From the NCBI GenBank assembly GCA_964591955.1, contig CAZQBT010000004.1, positions 4,988 through 68,987 on the forward strand: a stretch of 64,000 nucleotides of DNA, given 5' to 3'. Positions 37,393 to 43,971 of this stretch are shown piece by piece (within the stretch, counting starts at the first letter, position 1; the number at the start of each line of letters is the position of its first letter). Source of the stretch: an uncultured Brevinematales bacterium. Its GTDB lineage: Bacteria; Spirochaetota; Brevinematia; Brevinematales; CAZQBT01. A model generated the notes under the pieces. It saw nothing but the letters and a program-made list of their open reading frames with translations, did no database searches and was not told the DNA's origin. The position numbers and the translations under genes are program-made.

Positions 37393-37607
37393 TGGGGGCA
37401 GTAATTTTGTCAATTGAAAAGTCGGAGAGGGATTATGAGTTTTCTAATTTCTAAAAAATAACGAGGGGCAGTGAATATCGGATAAGCGGTTTATAATAAA
37501 ATCTACAAACAAGGAGGCAATAATCAGGCAAAAATACGGGGATGGGATAAATTAAAATTTGTTGCTGTTGATACTATGCATAATCAAATTTAATCCCGGA
37601 GGATTTT

Positions 37608-37799
37608 ATGAAGTTTGGAGAGATATTGGTTCAAGAGAAAATTATTACGGAGGAGCAATTAAATAGAGCCTTGGATGAACAAAAAAATCATCCCCAAAAA
37701 AAGTTAGGTGAAATTTTGTTGGAATTGGATTTTATCGATATTGAGCAATTTACTAAAATTATCGACAGGCAGATGAGGGACGCAGGAGAAAGCAAATAG
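37608..37799 (+). CDS. stand-alone T2SSE_N / MshEN-like domain protein (63 aa)
   Basis: RBS GGAGG-N7-ATG. Two tandem 24-residue units, KFGEILVQEKIITEEQLNRALDEQ and KLGEILLELDFIDIEQFTKIIDRQ, match the (R)LGxx(LVI)(LVI)xxG(LVI)(LVI)xxxxLxxxLxxQ pattern. Confidence 0.6.
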   Translation: MKFGEILVQEKIITEEQLNRALDEQKNHPQKKLGEILLELDFIDIEQFTKIIDRQMRDAGESK

Positions 37800-37970
37800 A
37801 TTTTCCGATTATAGTCTGCAACAAAAGATACCGTATAATATCTTGCGCACATTTCAGGAAGTATAAAAAAGCCCTTGTCCATATAAAAATATAGTCGCAA
37901 AAAGGATTTTTGAACGGACAATAATAGTAATAAGCTAAAGTAAGAAAACAACCTGTTTTGAGTAGTGCAA

Positions 37971-37999
37971 GGGGCTGTCTTAAACGGCAGCCCTTTTTT
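37971..37999 (+). terminator. rho-independent terminator (copy 1 of an identical 29-nt hairpin)
   Basis: GGGGCTGTC-TTAAAC-GGCAGCCC-TTTTTT. Confidence 0.75.
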
Positions 38000-38182
38000 G
38001 TTATTCCCTAAAACCCTACGCTTAATTCCATTATTTGACATAAATTCCATTTCTAATTTATAATAACCTGTTAGGCTTGACGTTTATTTGCAATTACTCT
38101 TATTTATGCCTGTAAGAAGTCAATTCTTTCCCGCAAATCAGGCAATCGTTAATAAAAGAAAATGGTTTTAGGAGGTATAGTT

Positions 38183-39199
38183 ATGAAGGTTGTAAAAGGT
38201 CTATGCGTTTTAATTGCGCTTAGCGGATTAATATTTTTCGGGTGTGCACCGGCGGATACGGAAGATAACGGAGCCCCGACAAACGGAAGCGATAACGGTG
38301 AGACTGTCGAGGATGAAGACGATAACGGTGAGGCTGTCGAGGATGGATATCGTTTTATAACGGAATGGGGAAACTTAGGAGGTAACGATGGCCAGTTTCT
38401 CCAACCTTACGAGATAGCTGTGGATTTAGATGGAAATGTTTATGTTGCGGATACCGAAAATCACCGTATCCAAAAATTTACATCTAACGGAAATCATATT
38501 GCAACTTGGGGAGGGCCGGGTATGGGCAGTGGGGATGGTGAATTTTTAAATCCTTGTGGAGTTTTTGTAGATTCAAACAACACCGTTTATATTGCAGATA
38601 CTGCCAATCATCGCATCCAGAAATTTGAATCGGATGGAACTTTTATTACAAATTGGGGAAGCTACGGAAGTGGGGATGGGCAATTTAATCAGCCTTTAGG
38701 AATTACCGTAAATTCTGAAGGTATTATCTATATTGTGGATTTACAAAATCACCGTATCCAGAAATTTGAATCGGATGGAACTTTTATTACAAATTGGGGA
38801 AGTCAGGGAACTAACGATGGGGAATTTATGTGGCCTTCCAGTATAGTAGTGGATTCAAGCAATAACATTTATGTATCAGATATTCACAATCACCGTATCC
38901 AGAAATTTACGCCGGATGGAAATTTTATTACAAAATGGGGAACCGGAATAAATGGTAACGGACAACTTAGGTGGCCTAAGGGTATTGCTATAGATATAAG
39001 CAATAATATTTATGTCGCTAGTTCCGGCAATGATCGCATTCAGAAATTTACATCGGATGGAAATTTCATTACAAAATGGGGAAGTCAAGGAAGCGGTGAT
39101 GGGCAGTTTAATACTCCCCGGGGAATAGCAGTAGATTTAGAGGGAAATGTATATGTTGCAGATAAAGAAAATCACCGTATCCAAAAATTCAGAGAGTAG
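38183..39199 (+). CDS. NHL-repeat (six-bladed beta-propeller) lipoprotein
   Basis: AGGAGG-N7-ATG at 38183. Signal peptide plus lipobox LIFFGC. Acidic linker DNGETVEDEDDNGEAVEDG. Six ~47-aa repeats, each carrying a (N/E)(H/D)RIQKF motif. Confidence 0.85.
   Translation: MKVVKGLCVLIALSGLIFFGCAPADTEDNGAPTNGSDNGETVEDEDDNGEAVEDGYRFITEWGNLGGNDGQFLQPYEIAVDLDGNVYVADTENHRIQKFTSNGNHIATWGGPGMGSGDGEFLNPCGVFVDSNNTVYIADTANHRIQKFESDGTFITNWGSYGSGDGQFNQPLGITVNSEGIIYIVDLQNHRIQKFESDGTFITNWGSQGTNDGEFMWPSSIVVDSSNNIYVSDIHNHRIQKFTPDGNFITKWGTGINGNGQLRWPKGIAIDISNNIYVASSGNDRIQKFTSDGNFITKWGSQGSGDGQFNTPRGIAVDLEGNVYVADKENHRIQKFRE
38615..38802 (+). repeat. intragenic tandem repeat: two exact 47-nt copies (38615-38661, 38756-38802), period 141 nt
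   Basis: ATCCAGAAATTTGAATCGGATGGAACTTTTATTACAAATTGGGGAAG occurs twice, encoding IQKFESDGTFITNWGS in adjacent NHL blades. Confidence 0.9.
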
Positions 39200-39219
39200 A
39201 AATATTTTTTAAATAGCAC

Positions 39220-39249
39220 GGGGCTGTCTTAAACGGCAGCCCTTTTTTT
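39220..39249. terminator. rho-independent terminator (copy 2 of the identical hairpin), placed between convergent NHL gene and dinB
   Basis: Same GGGGCTGTCTTAAACGGCAGCCCTTTTTT. The T-tract overlaps the dinB stop codon (39248-39250). Confidence 0.75.
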
Positions 39250-40339
39250 ATGCATAAGCGAAAGGCAGTTCCGGCTGTCGGGGCTTGTCAAGCATATACC
39301 CCTCACCCTCAAACGATGATATAGAGATACCCAAAAGACGCACCCTTCGCCTTCCCGCCTCGGTATGCAATAAAAGCTCGCTTGCGATTTTAAATATAGT
39401 TTGAGCATCGTTGACGGCACCCCTCAGCGAGCGGCTTCGGGTGATACGCGCAAAATTATCATACCGAACCTTGAGGGTAACGGTTTTGCCCTTGACCTCG
39501 TTTTTAACCATCCTTCGCTCAACCTCTCTTGCGATTTGGAAAAGACGGTCTTTCATATCCTCTAAGGACACAAGGTCGCGGGGGAAAGTCTGTTCCGCGC
39601 CTATTGACTTTCGGATATGGTCAGGGTTGACCTTGCGGTTGTCGATACCGCGCACTATATAATAGTAGAAAGCGCCCGCTTTACCGAAATATGAGATAAG
39701 GGAATGTATATCCAAGTTGCGCAAATCCGCCCCTATTCTTATCCCCATTGCAAGCATCCGCTTTTCGGTAGCCTTACCGACACCGTAGAATTTCCCCACG
39801 GGCAGGTTGTCGATAAAGTTAAGCGCTATAGCGGGAGGGATTACCGTAAGCCCGTCGGGCTTTTTATAGTCGGATGCGACTTTTGCGAGAAATTTGTTGT
39901 ATGAGACACCTGCAGATGAGGTTAGCCCCGTGGCGCGATGGATTTTTGCTTTAATCTCTCTTGCAATAGCCGTAGCGGATTTTATTCCAATCTTGTTTTG
40001 CGTAACGTCAAGATACGCCTCATCAAGCGACATAGGCTCAATTAAGTCGGTGTATTCGCAAAAAATATTCATAATTTGTATGGAGACCTTTTTGTAAACA
40101 TCAAAGCGCGGCGGAAGAAATATAGCAAAAGGGCATCGACGGTAAGCCTCGGCGGACGACATTGCCGAGTGTATCCCATAGCGACGTGCTTCATAGTTGG
40201 CGGTGGATACCACACCCCTGCTGTCGGGAGAACCCCCGACAACCACAGGCAAGCCTTTAAGCGAGGGGTTGTCTCTTACCTCAATTGCCGCATAGTAGGC
40301 ATCCATATCAATATGGATAATCTTTCTAATCTTATCCAT
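39248..40339 (-). CDS. dinB: DNA polymerase IV (Y-family translesion polymerase)
   Basis: IIHIDMDAYYAAIEVRDNP, SIDEAYLDV-like MSLDEAYLDVT; 363 aa; RBS AGGAGG. Confidence 0.9.
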   Translation of the reverse strand: MDKIRKIIHIDMDAYYAAIEVRDNPSLKGLPVVVGGSPDSRGVVSTANYEARRYGIHSAMSSAEAYRRCPFAIFLPPRFDVYKKVSIQIMNIFCEYTDLIEPMSLDEAYLDVTQNKIGIKSATAIAREIKAKIHRATGLTSSAGVSYNKFLAKVASDYKKPDGLTVIPPAIALNFIDNLPVGKFYGVGKATEKRMLAMGIRIGADLRNLDIHSLISYFGKAGAFYYYIVRGIDNRKVNPDHIRKSIGAEQTFPRDLVSLEDMKDRLFQIAREVERRMVKNEVKGKTVTLKVRYDNFARITRSRSLRGAVNDAQTIFKIASELLLHTEAGRRRVRLLGISISSFEGEGYMLDKPRQPELPFAYA

Positions 40340-40351
40340 AATTAGTTCCTC

Positions 40352-41011
40352 CTAATTTAATTTGTGGAACTGGTAAATCACCTTTCCTATAATAACCGGG
40401 GATTCGTTTGAACCCGCAGTGAGTTGCTCATTGGAATAGTTCGGGTTATCGCTTATAATATCAATAACGCCGGTCATCTTGAAATGGAGACGTTTAACGA
40501 ATAATTCTCCGTTGTGAAGAAGAATATAAATACCGTTGCCGTCATTGACAAGCCCCTGCACAAACAGGACAACGTCTCCCGATGCGAGAGTTGGGGACAT
40601 ACTGTCTCCTTTTACACGGATAGCCTTAACCTCGGCGGGTTGGTGAGGGTAGATAAGTTCGGGGGATATGGGGAGTTTGCCCAGCACCTCGGATTGAAAA
40701 TTAGCGATACCGTTGCCCGCGCAGGCGGATGAATCCAAGAAGTCGATTTGAATAAACTCATCCGTTGCGTTAGATACAGTCTGCGAGTCATCATCACAAA
40801 GAAACATCTCGCCCTTTCCCGTGAGAAGCCAGTTGATATTGACATCGAAAATCTCAGCGAGTTTTTGCATAATCTCATCGGGGAGTTTGCGGTTACCGTT
40901 TTCATACTGGGAGAGAGCGTTTTGATTAACACCGAGACGCTCGCCGAACTCGTTTTGGCCGAAACCGAATTCCTTTCTTACCGCGCGCAGGCGGTTGCCT
41001 ATTGTATCCAT
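40352..41011 (-). CDS. CI/LexA-type repressor: XRE-family HTH fused to S24 self-cleaving peptidase domain
   Basis: HTH QNEFGERLGVNQNALSQYENG. Candidate Ala-Gly cleavage site SSACAGNG. Ser motif GDSMSPT and Lys motif FVKRL. 12 nt upstream of dinB. Confidence 0.85.
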   Translation of the reverse strand: MDTIGNRLRAVRKEFGFGQNEFGERLGVNQNALSQYENGNRKLPDEIMQKLAEIFDVNINWLLTGKGEMFLCDDDSQTVSNATDEFIQIDFLDSSACAGNGIANFQSEVLGKLPISPELIYPHQPAEVKAIRVKGDSMSPTLASGDVVLFVQGLVNDGNGIYILLHNGELFVKRLHFKMTGVIDIISDNPNYSNEQLTAGSNESPVIIGKVIYQFHKLN

Positions 41012-41078
41012 AGTCGGACCTCCTTATCACAGTCCGTAATTTTAATATCACAAAAAAGAATATTTTTTAGAAAATCCC

Positions 41079-41107
41079 TTGACTCCGTTTCTCTTTTGTG
41101 CTATAAT
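41079..41107 (+). promoter_or_regulatory. rightward promoter of the phage-like module
   Basis: TTGACT(41079-84)-N17-TATAAT(41102-07). Confidence 0.65.
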
Positions 41108-41134
41108 TATACCGTAGAAAAACGGTTTTGTCAA
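41106..41134 (-). promoter_or_regulatory. leftward promoter of the repressor-dinB operon; its -10 overlaps the rightward -10
   Basis: Minus strand TTGACA(41134-29)-N17-TATAAT(41111-06). The shared palindrome is TATAATTATA. Confidence 0.65.
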
Positions 41135-41185
41135 GCGTTTTGGCAAAAATATATCGTTTTTCAATATTTTTTATAGGAGATTGAG

Positions 41186-41326
41186 ATGATTGATGGATTT
41201 GTTGATGTTTTGTATAAGTTTAAGAATTCAGTTGAGCTTTTTAAGTTGAGGTTTACCCGTGTTTCCAAAAGGCAGAGAGTCGAAATTTCCGATTATTTCC
41301 GCTCCTTGTCTATGGCAAAAAAATAG
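41186..41326 (+). CDS. hypothetical 46-aa protein, first gene after the rightward promoter (Cro position)
   Basis: RBS AGGAG-N7-ATG; MIDGFVDVLYKFKNSVELFKLRFTRVSKRQRVEISDYFRSLSMAKK*. No obvious HTH. Confidence 0.4.
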   Translation: MIDGFVDVLYKFKNSVELFKLRFTRVSKRQRVEISDYFRSLSMAKK

Positions 41327-41344
41327 TTATACAGGAGGTTTACT

Positions 41345-42205
41345 ATGGTAGAGATTCAACAAAAGGGCGCTCCGATTACCCATACCTTTGACGGTTACGC
41401 GGAAACGCTGAATAACCTGATTCCAGCGAATTACAAAAAATACTTTTCGCCGAACCCCTCCGCTGCTAAAACCATTATTGATGAGAGGCGCGAATTGCTT
41501 GATAATCTTTTGGATTCGCAGACGGACGTTTTTATGGCGGGAGGACAGATTTTTAAGAAAAAATCATATTGGCGAAAAGTCCTTGTTGCGCTTAATATAA
41601 GTCTTCAGAAAATTGAGGAATGGAAAGAAGCCGACAAAACGGGGAATATCACATACTTTTTTACCTACCGCGCAATTTTGCCTACGGGACAGTTCGCAGA
41701 CTCAACCGGCGCCTGCACGCAAAATGAGGAACATATAAACCGCACAATCCACGATACGCGAGCCACCGCCGAAACCCGCGCTAAAAATCGCGCCATCTCC
41801 GACCTTCTTGCTTTCGGTGAGGTTTCCGCCGAGGAGATTTCTCAAAATCGCGATACTCACTATACGGAAAAGGTTTCATCCCCCGCCCCTTCCGCACCCT
41901 CACCCTCCGATGAAATTGAGGCTTACAAGACTATACAATCGCTTCAGGAGGTCTTACCCGGCTCCGCTCAAAAACTTCTTTACGATGAGGTGCATAAATT
42001 ACATACGGCGGATGAGACACGGGTTATCGTCAAAAAGGTTATTGCACAGGAATTGAGTGAAATTGATAAACAGGGACATATGAGCCTTAAAGATATGAAA
42101 GCCCTGTGCAAGGAGCGGTTCGGGATTGCAGGATTTAATGAACTGCCCGTTGCGGATGCCGTTTCGCTTTTAAAAGAGGTGCAAAGCCGTATTACCGCTA
42201 TATAA
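41345..42205 (+). CDS. phage-like 286-aa protein; possible divergent single-strand-annealing/DNA-binding protein
   Basis: RBS CAGGAGG. The segment HDTRATAETRAKNRAISDLLAFGEVSAEE resembles the conserved helix of Rad52/ERF-type SSAPs. A Ser/Pro linker is followed by a helical C-terminal domain. Function is tentative. Confidence 0.5.
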   Translation: MVEIQQKGAPITHTFDGYAETLNNLIPANYKKYFSPNPSAAKTIIDERRELLDNLLDSQTDVFMAGGQIFKKKSYWRKVLVALNISLQKIEEWKEADKTGNITYFFTYRAILPTGQFADSTGACTQNEEHINRTIHDTRATAETRAKNRAISDLLAFGEVSAEEISQNRDTHYTEKVSSPAPSAPSPSDEIEAYKTIQSLQEVLPGSAQKLLYDEVHKLHTADETRVIVKKVIAQELSEIDKQGHMSLKDMKALCKERFGIAGFNELPVADAVSLLKEVQSRITAI

Positions 42206-42243
42206 CCGCGGGGTGTAAACTTTATAAAGGAGAGGGCAAGGTT

Positions 42244-42702
42244 ATGAAAAGTATTTCTCTTGATATTATCAAATTCGCTAAAAAGGTTGAGGTTCCGCAA
42301 AGGCATATCAAAACCTTTTTAAGACATAATTTTAAGCGTAATTGCGCAAAGTCGGTTGTGGAATTAAATATTGCGGAATACCGCGCGCTCAGGGATTATT
42401 TTACCTTTGAAAGAGAGACGGTCGCCCTGATTTTCTTTAACCCGTCCCGCGATAAAACACGGATTTTTAAAAACGTTATCAAACTTACCAAAATTTCCGC
42501 TATGCGATACCGCTATGAGTGGTTCAGATACAGCATATCAAACGGAAGACTTGTCCGTTTTAAACTCGGTGAAATTCCGGTCGATTTGATGGAAAAACAG
42601 CGCATCTGGCGAAGTCCCGTTGATAAAACGGTCGTAATTCTTAACGAGGAGGGGCAGTTTGAGGCGTTGTCGCGCCTGCCCGCTTCCGCTGTCGATAATT
42701 AA
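42244..42702 (+). CDS. hypothetical 152-aa protein (possible N-terminal HTH)
   Basis: RBS AAAGGAGAGG. No recognisable family. Confidence 0.5.
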   Translation: MKSISLDIIKFAKKVEVPQRHIKTFLRHNFKRNCAKSVVELNIAEYRALRDYFTFERETVALIFFNPSRDKTRIFKNVIKLTKISAMRYRYEWFRYSISNGRLVRFKLGEIPVDLMEKQRIWRSPVDKTVVILNEEGQFEALSRLPASAVDN

Positions 42703-42725
42703 ATCTGTCCTTACACGGAGGTTTT

Positions 42726-42959
42726 ATGGACGATATAGAAAAACTCGAAATATGGTTGAGTCTTGAAAAAATACTTACTCCAATCCAGTTGAAAGTGGTT
42801 CGCTTGCGGTTTTATGAAAATCTCACCGTAAACGAAACCATAAAAAAATCCAATCTGACCTCAAAGCGTCAGTATTACAAAATTATCAAAAGCATCGACA
42901 AACCCGCTTTGAAAAAATTGCTCGCGGACAGTTTGTTATACAGGAGGAACTATGTTTGA
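42726..42959 (+). CDS. small sigma-70 region-4-like HTH protein (phage late-activator position)
   Basis: LTPIQLKVVRLRFYENLTVNETIKKSNLTSKRQYYKII resembles sigma region 4; RBS GGAGG. Confidence 0.55.
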   Translation: MDDIEKLEIWLSLEKILTPIQLKVVRLRFYENLTVNETIKKSNLTSKRQYYKIIKSIDKPALKKLLADSLLYRRNYV

Positions 42960-43173
42960 TAAAAACCGTCTTTACGTGAAAGATTTTGATATGTTGCTCG
43001 AAGCCTGCGAGGGGGACTACGATAAGGCGATGGAGGTTTATTTGATTCTCAAACGTTCATATCGCGGTGAAAGAAATCAGGTCTATAAACGGAATAAAAA
43101 CCGTATGGTGAGGATAGGCGGCGAGGTAACTTTCCTAAAATTTTCACGGAATCGGAAGGGGGAAGCGGCATAA
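42952..43173 (+). CDS. hypothetical 73-aa protein
   Basis: RBS AGGAGG. Overlaps the preceding gene by 8 nt and the next gene by 1 nt. Confidence 0.45.
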   Translation: MFDKNRLYVKDFDMLLEACEGDYDKAMEVYLILKRSYRGERNQVYKRNKNRMVRIGGEVTFLKFSRNRKGEAA

Positions 43174-43610
43174 TGAAGTTCAGGTATGACCCCGTAATGA
43201 CTCCCCTGAAAACCGCATTGCTTGTTTCCGATAAAAAAAATAAAACCGAGATAGCCGAAATTTTCAGGATACCCCCCGCGGATTTTGACGCTCTTTTGAT
43301 AAAATATCCCGAACTGAAAGAGGCGCTTGACGGCGGAAAGGAATATGTCAAATCGAAAATTGAGTCGGCGCTTTTAAAACGCGCTATGGGATACAGGTAT
43401 ATCGAAATTTATTACAGGCGATGCGAGGAAACCGGAAGCCGTATCGCGGATAAATGGGTTACAAAACAAAAAGAACCCGACCTCAACGCCATAAAATACT
43501 GGCTCGCCCATCGCGTTCCCGCCGAGTGGGGACTTACCGAAAAAGAGGCGCAAAAAGTCAAAGAAGATGCCGTTAAGATTTTCCTTGAGCAAATCGAGAG
43601 GATAAAATGA
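43173..43610 (+). CDS. terS: phage terminase small subunit-like protein
   Basis: N-terminal HTH-like KTEIAEIFRIPPADFDALL plus ...LLKRAMGY...KEPDLNAIKYWLAHRVPAEWG, typical of small terminase families. Confidence 0.6.
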   Translation: MKFRYDPVMTPLKTALLVSDKKNKTEIAEIFRIPPADFDALLIKYPELKEALDGGKEYVKSKIESALLKRAMGYRYIEIYYRRCEETGSRIADKWVTKQKEPDLNAIKYWLAHRVPAEWGLTEKEAQKVKEDAVKIFLEQIERIK

Positions 43611-43718
43611 CCTGCTTCGCGTCCCTCTCAATACGCTTCAACTACTCTTTTCTCTCACGCTCAATAACCGCGACAGAGCCACAAAGACACGGATGGCTCA
43701 TCTTGATACTACTCCTCA

Positions 43719-43757
43719 CCAATTTGCGGACTGCTTCAGGTGTGCTTCACAAATTGG
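43719..43757 (+). repeat. structured element: 8-bp inverted repeat enclosing two TGCTTCA direct repeats
   Basis: CCAATTTG-cggac-TGCTTCA-ggtg-TGCTTCA-CAAATTGG. Direct repeats are 11 nt apart. A third GCTTCA lies at 43635. Confidence 0.6.
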
Positions 43758-43971
43758 AGAGGGATGTATCCATTGGGAACTCTATCCGCGTGAACTTACC
43801 GCCTGTGGACAGAATTTGAATAAGCGAAAAAGAAACTAAGAAAAAACTTGAAAAATCGCATTATGGCTTTGGGTTTATCAGCCCATAATAAATAAAATAT
43901 CCCGTCGTTTTTTTGACCTATTTGCGCAAATAATATAAACTGTTCTGATTATATTTTCGGAGAGTGTTTTA

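Noticed and set aside
37688-38050. 120-aa minus-strand ORF
   Set aside because: It runs antisense to the MshEN-like gene and across the terminator hairpin. There is no RBS, so it is implausible.
43607-43819. 70-aa ORF ATGA-coupled to terS (possible terL remnant)
   Set aside because: The coupling is suggestive. However, the translation (MTCFASLSIRFNYSFLSRS...) is low-complexity, has no Walker A or any terminase-like motif, and the region is full of repeats. It is treated as non-coding or a remnant inside the 43611-43971 finding.
36688-43971. Classical tRNA-targeted genomic island with att direct repeats
   Set aside because: I looked for a repeat of the tRNA-Thr 3' end at the far side of the accessory segment. 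I found only a 7-mer (CACAGTC at about 41025), which is compatible with chance. No integrase gene is present. The segment is therefore described as accessory without claiming site-specific integration.
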